A DNA stretch of 64,000 bases from Candidatus Omnitrophota bacterium (GTDB lineage: Bacteria > Omnitrophota > Gorgyraeia > Zapsychrales > Zapsychraceae). Positions within the stretch are counted from its first letter, which is position 1. Every line of letters begins with the position of its first letter. This document shows, one piece after another, positions 29,556-39,162 of the stretch. A program made the position numbers and the translations under genes. The notes below the pieces were generated by a model. It was not told the origin of the DNA and ran no database searches. It saw nothing but the letters and a program-made list of their open reading frames with translations. Where the stretch lies: contig JAIORP010000029.1 in the NCBI GenBank assembly GCA_021108075.1, positions 10,311 to 74,310 of the forward strand, given 5' to 3'.

Positions 29556-30301
29556 TATTCTCCTCGTACCGCTATTATATGTGATTTGCCATGAACATAT
29601 AGGGGAACATACCCTTCAGGGATATGATCAATAGCATTGTTTTTGTGAAATAAAATATAGCAATTTGCTTCTTTTCCTTTTATGTGCCGCAGGTCGAGGG
29701 GATAGAGGTGGAATGAGATGAACCGATGGATGTACATGCCCGGGTCGACGGAGAGATCATAGTCTGTTAGTAATTCAGGGATATGCGTTTCGGTCAGACG
29801 TTTTTTGCCTTCGAGTAAGAACCGATAATCATCATAAGTTGTTTTAAGAGGGAGATCCTGGTCGTAGGTGCTGTCGATTAAAATTTGGGCGTTTTTGAAT
29901 TCCGCTGACTGGCCGAAATATTGAAATAATTTGTTTAAATGAAATACATGCAGGCTTAAAAGCTGAAAACAACAAAAAGATGCGAACAGGATCATGAGTG
30001 GATTTACAAAAAGGAAAGCCAGGTTCCTGTGGTGAACCTTGAATGCCCCCAGGAATCTGGATATGAATAAAATGAGTAAAGTTGACAAATATGTAAAGTA
30101 AAAGTATTTGTAGAATTCGTGGCCGTTAATAACAGGCGCCAAGATGATATTATTACCGGGGACATATAAATTGAACAATAATAAATCAGGCAGAGACACT
30201 TTTGTCCGAAGAAAATACAGGGTGATGACGGTAAATATAAAGACGATAGAGAAGATGGTCAGTATGCCTATTCTTCGATTGTTTGACCTGGGGTCAGGCA
30301 T
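29555..30301 (-). CDS. hypothetical membrane protein
   Basis: Three hydrophobic segments and a soluble domain containing HLYP; overlaps both neighbouring genes. Confidence 0.6.
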   Translation of the reverse strand: MPDPRSNNRRIGILTIFSIVFIFTVITLYFLRTKVSLPDLLLFNLYVPGNNIILAPVINGHEFYKYFYFTYLSTLLILFISRFLGAFKVHHRNLAFLFVNPLMILFASFCCFQLLSLHVFHLNKLFQYFGQSAEFKNAQILIDSTYDQDLPLKTTYDDYRFLLEGKKRLTETHIPELLTDYDLSVDPGMYIHRFISFHLYPLDLRHIKGKEANCYILFHKNNAIDHIPEGYVPLYVHGKSHIIAVRGE

Positions 30302-30875
30302 TGTTTGGTCCTAAACTGATCTGTGCTAACTTTTCATAAATAGGACCGGTAGGGGTTAATGTGCTTTTGAAAAGGATCAATTCGTTGATTTTGAGGATTA
30401 AGTCGGAAGGAATCTGCGTCGATTGAATTTTTTGTGATAATTGAAAAATGCTTTTTTGCGACTTGACTCTTCCGATCGTCACATGTGGTTGAAAGGGACG
30501 TTCATTCGTCGGATACCCAATCATATTCAGTAAAAAATCAACTGTATCCGCTAAATCTTTAAGGGCGTGATCGATGTCTTTCATTCCCAGCCATATGATC
30601 CGGGGTTGCTTGAAACTAGGGAATACCCCCGTCTTGTCCAGGTGAAACGTGTTTTTTTCAAATTTGAAGTAAAGGGATTTGAGTTGCCGGATAACGGATT
30701 CTGTTTGTTCTTCGGTTATATTCCCAATAAATTTAATTGTCAGATGTGCGTCAGAGGGGGTAACCCATTTGACGTCACAATCAATTTTTTTCAGTTCAGA
30801 TTGAACCTGATGGATGAAATCACGGATTTCTTTATTAAGATCAATGGCGATAAAAGTACGGACGGTTGATGACAT
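30294..30875 (-). CDS. thpR: RNA 2',3'-cyclic phosphodiesterase
   Basis: RTFIAI, two HxT motifs (HLT, HVT) and STLTPTGPIY. Confidence 0.92.
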   Translation of the reverse strand: MSSTVRTFIAIDLNKEIRDFIHQVQSELKKIDCDVKWVTPSDAHLTIKFIGNITEEQTESVIRQLKSLYFKFEKNTFHLDKTGVFPSFKQPRIIWLGMKDIDHALKDLADTVDFLLNMIGYPTNERPFQPHVTIGRVKSQKSIFQLSQKIQSTQIPSDLILKINELILFKSTLTPTGPIYEKLAQISLGPNNA

Positions 30876-30886
30876 AATTGTAATTT

Positions 30887-31354
30887 TTAGTCTAAAAATT
30901 CTTTTATTAATTTTAAAGCCTGTTGTGTCGCGAAGCGTTTAACTTCAGCACGTGTTCCCGTAAAGATACATTCCAGACATAATGATTCTTCGCCTATGGA
31001 TACGGCAATAAATGTTAAGCCTATCGGTTTTTTTTTTGTTCCACCGCTTGGGCCGGCAATGCCTGTGATTCCGACACCAAAATCTGTTTTAAATAATTTA
31101 AGGCATCCTTTGGCCATGGCAATAGCTGTATCAGCGCTGACGGCACCCTTACGTTTCAATGTTTCCTCAGAAACACCGAGTAATCCGGATTTAATATCAT
31201 TGCTGTAGGCAACAATGCTGCCAATAAATGTTTGGGAACTGCCTGGAACATTGGTTAAACGATGACTCAGCAGGCCCCCTGTACATGATTCAGCGATAGA
31301 AATACGGTATTTTTTAGCGATAAGATCTGTTATTATTTTTTTTTCTATAAGCAT
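30887..31354 (-). CDS. pncC: CinA C-terminal domain / NMN deamidase
   Basis: AESCTGGL, PGSS, GAVS and ITGIAGP; no MocF-like N-terminal domain. Confidence 0.88.
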   Translation of the reverse strand: MLIEKKIITDLIAKKYRISIAESCTGGLLSHRLTNVPGSSQTFIGSIVAYSNDIKSGLLGVSEETLKRKGAVSADTAIAMAKGCLKLFKTDFGVGITGIAGPSGGTKKKPIGLTFIAVSIGEESLCLECIFTGTRAEVKRFATQQALKLIKEFLD

Positions 31355-31403
31355 GATATTATGTATAATAATACGATTGAGTATTATAACATCTATAAAT
31401 ATC

Positions 31404-31432
31404 TTGACAATGATTTATATTTAGAATATATT
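31404..31432 (+). promoter_or_regulatory. sigma-70 promoter of the riboflavin operon
   Basis: TTGACA-N17-TATATT. Confidence 0.65.
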
Positions 31433-31511
31433 ACAACAATCTAAATTGACATATAATGTTGATATCTATCATCTTTCAGCTATATACACATTATTAATTT
31501 ATAAATGAGGA

Positions 31512-32723
31512 GTGAGGGCCGATATGTTTAACACAATTAAGGAAATTTTGAAAGATTTGCAAAACGGAAAGTTGGTCGTTGTCATGGATGATGAAGGCCG
31601 GGAAAATGAAGGGGATTTATTGTGTGCGGCAGAGTTTATAACCCCTGACATTGTTAATTTTATGGCCAAAGAAGCTCGCGGTCTCATTTGTGTTCCTATG
31701 GAAGCCAAACGCTTAGATGCATTGGATTTGCACCCGATGAAGGTTCATGTGAGCCATAAACATCAGGAATGTGACACTGCTTGGTCTATTTCCGTGGACG
31801 CTGCTCAGGGTATCACCACCGGCATTTCAGCGTATGATCGATCTTATACTGTAAAGGTATTGATTAATGACGAATCGAAACCATCTGATTTTATTACCCC
31901 GGGACATTTATTCCCTTTAAGGGCTGTTCCTGGCGGCGTTCTTGTACGTGCAGGTCATACAGAGGCATCCGTGGATTTAACTCGTTTGGCTGGACTATTC
32001 CCTGCCGGGGTCATATGTGAGATTATGAATGACGATGGAACGATGGCACGGACAGACCAATTAAAGAATTTTGCTAGTAAGCATGGTTTGAAAATTTGTA
32101 CGATTGACAGTTTAATTGAATATTTGAGACGGTCTGAGAAATTGATATTCAAAGAAGTTGAAGTGAACTTGCCTACAATTTATGGTGATTTTCGAATGCG
32201 CGCTTACCGATCGGCGATTGACGGACAAGAGCATTTAGCGATATATATGGGCGATTTCATAGATAAAAAAGACGTTCTGGTTCGCGTACAGTCCGAATGT
32301 TTAACCGGTGATGTTTTTAGCTCGATGCGATGTGATTGCCGCCAGCAATTAGAATCGTCTATGAAGGCCATCGCCAAAGAAGGCTGCGGTGTCATCCTCT
32401 ACATGCGACAGGAAGGTCGCGGAATTGGGCTCATTAATAAGCTTAAGGCCTATCAATTGCAGGATGAGGGCATGGACACGGTTGAAGCGAATGAGGCCCT
32501 GGGTTTTAAGCCTGATTTGCGTCACTATGGTTTGGGGGCTCAAATTCTAGTTGATTTAGGGGTCAAAAATTTGCGTATTTTAACCAATAACCCACGAAAA
32601 TTGGTCGGGTTAGATGGTTATGGTCTGAAAGTGGTCGAGCGAGTCCCACTTAAAATTCCTCACAACCCAAAGAACGAGAAATACTTACAAACGAAAAAGG
32701 ATAAGTTGGGTCATTTGCTTTAA
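31512..32723 (+). CDS. ribBA: bifunctional DHBP synthase / GTP cyclohydrolase II
   Basis: [26 protein letters not shown]-x-S-x-RCDC, QEGRGIGL and TNNP. Confidence 0.96.
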   Translation: MRADMFNTIKEILKDLQNGKLVVVMDDEGRENEGDLLCAAEFITPDIVNFMAKEARGLICVPMEAKRLDALDLHPMKVHVSHKHQECDTAWSISVDAAQGITTGISAYDRSYTVKVLINDESKPSDFITPGHLFPLRAVPGGVLVRAGHTEASVDLTRLAGLFPAGVICEIMNDDGTMARTDQLKNFASKHGLKICTIDSLIEYLRRSEKLIFKEVEVNLPTIYGDFRMRAYRSAIDGQEHLAIYMGDFIDKKDVLVRVQSECLTGDVFSSMRCDCRQQLESSMKAIAKEGCGVILYMRQEGRGIGLINKLKAYQLQDEGMDTVEANEALGFKPDLRHYGLGAQILVDLGVKNLRILTNNPRKLVGLDGYGLKVVERVPLKIPHNPKNEKYLQTKKDKLGHLL

Positions 32724-32809
32724 TCCTGCTTGTAGGGATAGACCGAATATTTTTTTGTGTTGAGGAACGTCTTCGCCCGATGAAGTTTTATAAATAAAAT
32801 TATGCATTA

Positions 32810-32891
32810 ATACCAATTCCATTAAATAATGACTAAAACTAATTCTGCTTTTCAGAATTAAGATAGAACAATTTGTTAATGGATTTGGTAT
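32810..32891 (+). repeat. MITE-like repeat family A, copy 3 (internally short form)
   Basis: Terminal inverted repeats ATACCAATTCCATTAA / TTAATGGATTTGGTAT. Confidence 0.85.
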
Positions 32892-32919
32892 AATTTGTCT
32901 TTTTAGTGAAAAATATGTT

Positions 32920-33384
32920 ATGGTTAAGATTATAGAAGCAAAAGTTAAAGGACGGGGCGTAAGGGTTGCTATTGTCGTGTCCCGTTTCAACAAGTTCATA
33001 ACAGAGAAGTTATTAAACGGTTGTGTGAATGAACTTGTCCGCTGTGGCGTCCGTAAAGGTGATATTGTCGTTGCCTGGACACCGGGTGCTTTTGAGGTCC
33101 CTTTAGTGGCCAAGAGATTTGCTCGAAAGAAAACAGTTGACGTTGTCATCGCTCTTGGAGCTGTGATACGGGGTGAAACTTATCATTTTGAAATGGTCGC
33201 GCAGGGAGCAACGCAAGGTATCATGCAGGTTAGTCTGGATACGATGAAACCGGTTATTTTTGGTGTCTTGACAACTGAAACCCTTGATCAGGCGTATAAA
33301 CGGTCAGAAGAAGATGGTGATAATAAAGGTAAGGATGCGGCTCAAGCAGCTATTGAAATGGCCTGTTTATTGGAAAAGATATAA
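32920..33384 (+). CDS. ribH: 6,7-dimethyl-8-ribityllumazine synthase
   Basis: VSRFN, PGAFEVP, GAVIRGETYHF and NKG. Confidence 0.96.
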   Translation: MVKIIEAKVKGRGVRVAIVVSRFNKFITEKLLNGCVNELVRCGVRKGDIVVAWTPGAFEVPLVAKRFARKKTVDVVIALGAVIRGETYHFEMVAQGATQGIMQVSLDTMKPVIFGVLTTETLDQAYKRSEEDGDNKGKDAAQAAIEMACLLEKI

Positions 33385-33471
33385 CGCCGATTTATTTAAA
33401 AGCCATATACTGACAAACCGGCAGAGCGAAACACGCATTTGACATACTGATCTTTACAGAAAGTTGTTATC

Positions 33472-33894
33472 ATGAGAAAGCGAACAAGAGGTCGAGAGCT
33501 AGCATTAAAAATATTATATCAGGCTGAAATTATTAGACGTGAGATCGGCTTGATGACAGACACCTTTTGGTCGGAATTAACCCGGGTTGATCCAACCGTT
33601 AAGGATTTTGCCACAAAGCTCACCTTGGGGGTTAAAAACAACCTCACTCTGATTGATGAAAAGATTTCATTTTATGCGACGAACTGGCAGTTAAAAAGAA
33701 TGGCTATCATTGACCGCAATATTTTACGACTGGGAACATTTGAGTTGATTTTTCTCCCGGAGATTCCTCCTAAAGTTTCCATTAATGAGTATGTTGAGTT
33801 AGCCAAGAAGTTCGGTGATATTGACTCGAGTAAATTTGTTAATGGTATTCTTGATAAGATCCACAAGATTGAAATAGTTTCAAAGAACGATTAA
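33472..33894 (+). CDS. nusB: transcription antitermination factor NusB
   Basis: RTRGRELA, IDRNILR, INEYVELAKKF and FVNGILD. Confidence 0.95.
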   Translation: MRKRTRGRELALKILYQAEIIRREIGLMTDTFWSELTRVDPTVKDFATKLTLGVKNNLTLIDEKISFYATNWQLKRMAIIDRNILRLGTFELIFLPEIPPKVSINEYVELAKKFGDIDSSKFVNGILDKIHKIEIVSKND

Positions 33895-33910
33895 CCTGAA
33901 AGGCTTCATT

Positions 33911-34747
33911 TTGTCTCCAAGTCGTCTTAATGCGGATCTTCATATCCATACGCATTTTTCAGATAGCTCATTATCTCCTCAAGATGTTGTCACTCAAGCT
34001 TATCAAAATGATATCCATTGTTTAGCGATCACTGATCATGACACGGTTGCGGGCATAGCCCCGACGATGGAGTTAGCAAAAGAATATGATATTGAAGTGA
34101 TCCCTGCCATTGAACTTTCTTCATGCTATCATAATAAAGATATTCATATCCTCGGGTATGGTTTTGATTATGAAAATATTGATATTATTGAACAATTCAA
34201 TGTTATGCAAAGAGAGCGTGTGACCCGAATGGCGTTGATGATTGAAAAGTTAAAAGCCGTTGGCATTGACAATATCACGCTTGATGAAGTTCGCTCATTG
34301 GCTTGTTCCGATTCTGTTGGCCGGCCGCATCTAGCACGCATTTTGAAGCGGAAAAAATGGGTGAAGAGTTTAAAAGAAGCCTTCATACGATTTCTAGACG
34401 AACAAGGCATTGCGTATGTGCCGAAATATAAACTTTCGCCAAAGGAGGCCATCGATTTAATTCGCAAAGCGAATGGGGTCGCTGTCTTAGCGCATCCCAT
34501 GATCACCAGAGTGGACGAACTGATCCCGCGATTCGTTGAAGATGGCTTGGACGGATTGGAAGTTTACTATCCGAATATTTCAAATACAATTATTAGACAT
34601 TACACGAAAATTACGCAGAAATATGGTATGATTTTAACCGGTGGTTCAGATGCCCACGGAGAGGGCAAGGACACAACTTTTATAGGTAAGATTAAGCTTC
34701 CATATGAAAATGTGGTACAATTAAAAAACAGAATAAGTCAGCGTTAA
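33911..34747 (+). CDS. PHP-domain phosphoesterase (TrpH/YciV-like)
   Basis: DLHIHT-x-x-SD, ITDHD, GRPH, LAHP and GGSDAHG. Confidence 0.9.
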   Translation: MSPSRLNADLHIHTHFSDSSLSPQDVVTQAYQNDIHCLAITDHDTVAGIAPTMELAKEYDIEVIPAIELSSCYHNKDIHILGYGFDYENIDIIEQFNVMQRERVTRMALMIEKLKAVGIDNITLDEVRSLACSDSVGRPHLARILKRKKWVKSLKEAFIRFLDEQGIAYVPKYKLSPKEAIDLIRKANGVAVLAHPMITRVDELIPRFVEDGLDGLEVYYPNISNTIIRHYTKITQKYGMILTGGSDAHGEGKDTTFIGKIKLPYENVVQLKNRISQR

Positions 34748-34771
34748 GTTAACCTTTTATTTATATTCATT

Positions 34772-35902
34772 ATGCGAATAGACATTCAGTCGGGAAAAGA
34801 CGAACATAATATGTGGCAGGCCTTGCGGCTCGCTTATTTAGGGAAAGGTACTACCGCCCCAAATCCCATGGTTGGGGCAGTGATAATCAAAAATAAAAAA
34901 GTTGTCGGTACGGGTTATCATCGCAGGTGTGGCGGTGACCATGCTGAAATAATCGCCCTTAAGAAGGCTGGTGATCTTGCCAGAGGCGCGACCCTTTATA
35001 TCAATCTTGAACCTTGTCATCATGTCGGACATACACCACCATGTGTTGATCAAGTGATCCAGGCGGGAATAAAAGAAGTTTTCATCGCGATGAAAGATCC
35101 CAACCCGTTAACGAACGGCAAATCGATTCGAAGAATGCGTAAAGCCGGCATAGCGGTGCATGTCGGATTACTGCAAAAGCAGGCACTGAAATTCAATGAA
35201 ATTTTTGTGACGTATACGACAAAGAACCGGCCATTTATTACCGCCAAGATCGCACAGACATTGGATGGTAAGATTGCCGGGCGGACCGGTCAGTCCAAAT
35301 GGATTACGTCTGAGATGTCGCGGCGGTTTGCGCGACAATATCGGGACTCTTTTGATGCTATCATGGTCGGAGGCAATACTGTGAAGAGTGATAATCCCGG
35401 ATTGAATGGCAATAAAAAAAAATTGATTAAGATTGTCCTGGACTCTCATCTGGCGATTTCTAATCGTGCTAAGTTATTTGAACAGACGGAGCCTTCAAAT
35501 TGTATTCTTGCGACAACACAATTTGCCCCTGAGAAAAAAAAGAAGATGTTTCAAAACAAAGGTGTCCATGTTCTTATCCCGCCCACTCGAACTCGGTATG
35601 TTCCTTTACCCTGGTTGTTTCAGGAATTAGCAAAGAGAGAGATAACAAACGTTTTATTAGAGGGCGGGGCGCATGTTATCGGGTCTGCGTTAAAAGAACG
35701 TCTGGTCGATAAAATGATGATTTATATCGCTCCCAAATTCTTGGGTGATCAAAATGCCCTGTCTTCCATTGTCGGCTTGAACATCGAGAATGTTCAGGAT
35801 GCTTTTTATTTAGAGGATATTTTTTTTCATTATGCTTCAAGAGACGAAGACATTATCCTGGAAGGGTATCCGCGTTATTTAGATGACGACGAAAAAAAGT
35901 AA
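34772..35902 (+). CDS. ribD: riboflavin biosynthesis deaminase/reductase
   Basis: PNPMVG, HAE, LEPC-x8-C, SKWIT and LEGG. Confidence 0.95.
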   Translation: MRIDIQSGKDEHNMWQALRLAYLGKGTTAPNPMVGAVIIKNKKVVGTGYHRRCGGDHAEIIALKKAGDLARGATLYINLEPCHHVGHTPPCVDQVIQAGIKEVFIAMKDPNPLTNGKSIRRMRKAGIAVHVGLLQKQALKFNEIFVTYTTKNRPFITAKIAQTLDGKIAGRTGQSKWITSEMSRRFARQYRDSFDAIMVGGNTVKSDNPGLNGNKKKLIKIVLDSHLAISNRAKLFEQTEPSNCILATTQFAPEKKKKMFQNKGVHVLIPPTRTRYVPLPWLFQELAKREITNVLLEGGAHVIGSALKERLVDKMMIYIAPKFLGDQNALSSIVGLNIENVQDAFYLEDIFFHYASRDEDIILEGYPRYLDDDEKK

Positions 35903-35934
35903 CCTGAAGCAATTATTTTAAAAAAGGACTAAGC

Positions 35935-36552
35935 ATGTTTTCTGGTATTGTTGAAGAAACAGGTTCCATCGTTGGAATAACGCATAAAAAAAATTTATGT
36001 GTTTTAGATATCCAGGCCCAGAACGCGGGTAAGGGCACAAAGCAGGGTGACAGCGTTTCTGTCAACGGAGTCTGCCTGACCGTGACGAAAGTTCTAAAAA
36101 AAGTTTTGTCTTTTGATTTGATGCTGGAAACCCTTGAGAAAACGTCCTTGGGGCAATTATCTAAGGGTGATAAAGTTAATCTTGAGCGCGCCTTAAAAAT
36201 GAGCGACAGGATTAGTGGGCATTTCGTCACAGGTCATGTTGATGATATGGGCACAGTAAAGAAGATAATAACCGATACAAATTATACAGAGATCCAGATA
36301 TCCTTAAAAGTGAACTTGATGAAGTATATTGTGGCAAAAGGTTCGGTTAGTTTAGATGGTGTGAGCCTCACGATAGGTGACGTTAGAAAAAGAGATTTTT
36401 CTGTTTATTTAATTCCGTTTACCCTTGAAGTCACGAACTTGGGATTGAAGCAAAAAGGCGATAAAGTGAATGTCGAAACAGATATTTTAGCTAAATATAT
36501 ATTAAGCAAGGGAATCTATTCGGAATCCCCGTATGCATACAAGAAAGAATAA
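35935..36552 (+). CDS. ribE: riboflavin synthase
   Basis: MFSGIV, NGVCLT, VNLER, GHFVTGHVD and DGVSLT. Confidence 0.95.
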   Translation: MFSGIVEETGSIVGITHKKNLCVLDIQAQNAGKGTKQGDSVSVNGVCLTVTKVLKKVLSFDLMLETLEKTSLGQLSKGDKVNLERALKMSDRISGHFVTGHVDDMGTVKKIITDTNYTEIQISLKVNLMKYIVAKGSVSLDGVSLTIGDVRKRDFSVYLIPFTLEVTNLGLKQKGDKVNVETDILAKYILSKGIYSESPYAYKKE

Positions 36553-36560
36553 TCGTCCTT

Positions 36561-37799
36561 GTGAAAAAGAGAGTTGTCATAACAGGATTGGGCGTTCTCG
36601 CCAGTAATGGTGAGGGGAAAGACGCTTATTGGGAGTCCTTAGAAAAAGGCCAAGTCGGATATAAGCCGATCACCCTGTTCGATGCAGAGCCGTACCTCGT
36701 TAAGCAAGCCGGGGAGATTCGTGATTTTGACCCAAAGCAATACGTCGGGAAGAAAGGTTTGCGTTCATTAGATCGCAGCACAAAACTTTTAATATCCGTC
36801 GCGCGTTTAGCGATTGATGATAGCCATTTGGTCATTACGGACAACAATACCGATGAGGTTGGTGTGGCTGTCGGATCGACATTGGGCAGTTTGAAAAGCA
36901 TTAGTGATTTTGATGTCGTTACTTTGAAAGAAGGTCCACGATATACCAATCCTGCGCATTTTCCGAACACGGTCATCAATTCTCCCGCCAGCCAGGTCTC
37001 CATTTGGAATAATATTCAAGGGTTTAATACAACGATTTCAACAGGATTCACGGCGAGCCTCGACGCATTGACTTACGCGTATGATTTTATTCAGATGGAC
37101 CGGGCCAAGGTCGTTTTGGCTGGAGGGGTTGAAGAATTGTGTCGTGAGACGTTTCATGGGTTTTACCAGTTGAATTTCTTGTCAGGATCGATTCAGGACC
37201 AAGAGTTTATTAATTGTCCGTTTGACGCTCGTCGGAACGGGATCACCTTTGGGGAGGGTGCTTGCTTGATGCTCTTAGAAGATTATTCCCATGCTGTTGA
37301 TCGACGGGCCGCGGTTCTTGCGGAGGTCGCTGGTTTCGGTTATTATTTTGACCCCTACCGAATCAATAAATATAATCCTAAAGGTACAGGGATGATTCAA
37401 TCCATGAAGCGGGCTTTATTCTCCGCTCAAATGATCCCGGAAGATATCGATTGTATTTTTGCGAATGCCAACTCAACACAAGCGGCAGACTTAGTCGAAA
37501 CAGAAGCCATTAAAGATGTTTTTTCTAAATGGGCTTATAACGTGCCGGTCACGTCAATTAAGTCGATGGTCGGAGAGTGTTTTAGTGTTTCCGGGGCTTT
37601 ATCTGTTGCTGCAAGTCTGGGTAGCATTCAACGAAATTTTATCCCTGCCACGGTCGGCTATGAGACAGCTGATCCAGATTGCGATCTTGATTATACGCCT
37701 TGTCTCTCAACAACCGTAAAGCTCAACAATATCATGATTACGAATTTTAGCCCTTCAGGTAGTCATACTTGTTTGATCTTGAAACGTTTTCAAGCTTAA
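36561..37799 (+). CDS. FabF-like beta-ketoacyl synthase homolog lacking the catalytic triad (CLF-like)
   Basis: KS fold (RVVITGLG, CPFDARRNG, GEGA), but TAC is replaced by TGF, NAHGT by FANAN and KSMxGH by KSMVGE. Confidence 0.85.
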   Translation: MKKRVVITGLGVLASNGEGKDAYWESLEKGQVGYKPITLFDAEPYLVKQAGEIRDFDPKQYVGKKGLRSLDRSTKLLISVARLAIDDSHLVITDNNTDEVGVAVGSTLGSLKSISDFDVVTLKEGPRYTNPAHFPNTVINSPASQVSIWNNIQGFNTTISTGFTASLDALTYAYDFIQMDRAKVVLAGGVEELCRETFHGFYQLNFLSGSIQDQEFINCPFDARRNGITFGEGACLMLLEDYSHAVDRRAAVLAEVAGFGYYFDPYRINKYNPKGTGMIQSMKRALFSAQMIPEDIDCIFANANSTQAADLVETEAIKDVFSKWAYNVPVTSIKSMVGECFSVSGALSVAASLGSIQRNFIPATVGYETADPDCDLDYTPCLSTTVKLNNIMITNFSPSGSHTCLILKRFQA

Positions 37800-37826
37800 T
37801 CCTATTGATCTAGTAAGGAGACCGTC

Positions 37827-38579
37827 ATGAGCAATTCAAATGCTAAAGTTGCGATCATTACCGGTGGCGCGCGCGGAATCGGTCGTGCGATCGTTTTGGA
37901 ATTAGCGTCTCAGGGTTACAGTGTCGCTTTTAATTTTAAATCAAGCCATAAGGTCGCCGCTGAATTAGAGCAAGAGGTTCAAGCGCTGAACGCCACGGCA
38001 AAAGGATATGCCGTTGATATAGGAGATGGTGAGGCCGTTAAACAATGGATCGAGCGAGTCAAACAGGATTTTCGACGCATTGATGTGCTCGTGAATAATG
38101 CCGGGATTATTAGGGATAAAGCGCTGATGATGATGACGTTTGAGGACTGGCAAAGTGTTTTAGACACGAATTTGAATGGGATGTTTTATGCTGCACGAGC
38201 TTGTATTGTGAGTTTTCTGAAGCAGAAATCAGGTAAGATTTTAAATATTTCATCTGTTAGTGGCGTTTCTGGAATGGCACGCCAAACGAATTATTCTGCG
38301 TCAAAAGGGGGCATGAATGCTTTCACCAGGTCTTTAGCAAAAGAGGTTGCGGCCTACGGGATAACTGTGAATGCTCTTTGTCCGGGATTCATTGAAACGG
38401 ACATGTTGAGGGGTTTAAACGAAAAGCAAAGACAGGAATTTCAAGCAAGGATTCCTTTGGCTCGTTTTGGGAATGTCGATGATGTCGCGAAAACAGCAGC
38501 ATTTTTATTGTCGGAAGAAGCCGCATATATTACGGGCCAAATCATTCAGGTCGATGGTGGCTTGAATATGCGGTTTTAG
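37827..38579 (+). CDS. fabG: 3-oxoacyl-ACP reductase
   Basis: TGGARGIG, NNAGI, YSASK and PGFIETDM. Confidence 0.9.
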   Translation: MSNSNAKVAIITGGARGIGRAIVLELASQGYSVAFNFKSSHKVAAELEQEVQALNATAKGYAVDIGDGEAVKQWIERVKQDFRRIDVLVNNAGIIRDKALMMMTFEDWQSVLDTNLNGMFYAARACIVSFLKQKSGKILNISSVSGVSGMARQTNYSASKGGMNAFTRSLAKEVAAYGITVNALCPGFIETDMLRGLNEKQRQEFQARIPLARFGNVDDVAKTAAFLLSEEAAYITGQIIQVDGGLNMRF

Positions 38580-38629
38580 TATTAAATATCTTTATCTGTA
38601 AAGAACTTTGATTAAAGAAAGGATATAAT

Positions 38630-39073
38630 ATGATTATAGACATAGCACAAATACAGAAGATCATTCCTCATCGATTCCCTTTTTTATTGATTGACCGCGT
38701 TATTGAATGTGAACCGAACGAAAAACTGGTTGCCATTAAGAATGTCTCGGTTAATGAGCCTTTTTTTGTCGGGCATTTCCCCGAGGAAAAAGTTATGCCA
38801 GGGGTTCTTATCGTTGAGGCCATGGCACAGGCCGGGTGCATTTATTATTATTATAGTAAAAATTTGCAGACAACCCATAATGACCTGGTCTTCTACTTGG
38901 CGAAGATAACAGCTAAGTTTAAAGCCCCGGTTATTCCAGGGGACCAGCTGCGCATAGAAGTCCGCTCGGTTAAACTATTATCAAAGGTTGGGTTTTTTAA
39001 AGCAGTTGGCTATGTCGGCGATAGGATAGTGGCGGAAGCTGAGATCGGTTTTAGTGTTAATACCCGGAAATAA
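38630..39073 (+). CDS. fabZ: 3-hydroxyacyl-ACP dehydratase
   Basis: PHRFPFLLIDR and GHFP...MPGVLIVEAMAQ. Confidence 0.92.
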   Translation: MIIDIAQIQKIIPHRFPFLLIDRVIECEPNEKLVAIKNVSVNEPFFVGHFPEEKVMPGVLIVEAMAQAGCIYYYYSKNLQTTHNDLVFYLAKITAKFKAPVIPGDQLRIEVRSVKLLSKVGFFKAVGYVGDRIVAEAEIGFSVNTRK

Positions 39074-39162
39074 AAATGGCCGGCCCATCAACCTGATTCG
39101 TTTGGAGTGGCTTTTGAGTTAACATAAAATTGAACGTTAGTTTTATCAGCCATGAAGGATAT

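Noticed and set aside
31355-31511. FMN riboswitch upstream of the rib operon
   Set aside because: The spacer is short and very AT-rich, holds promoter elements, and shows no RFN conserved motifs.
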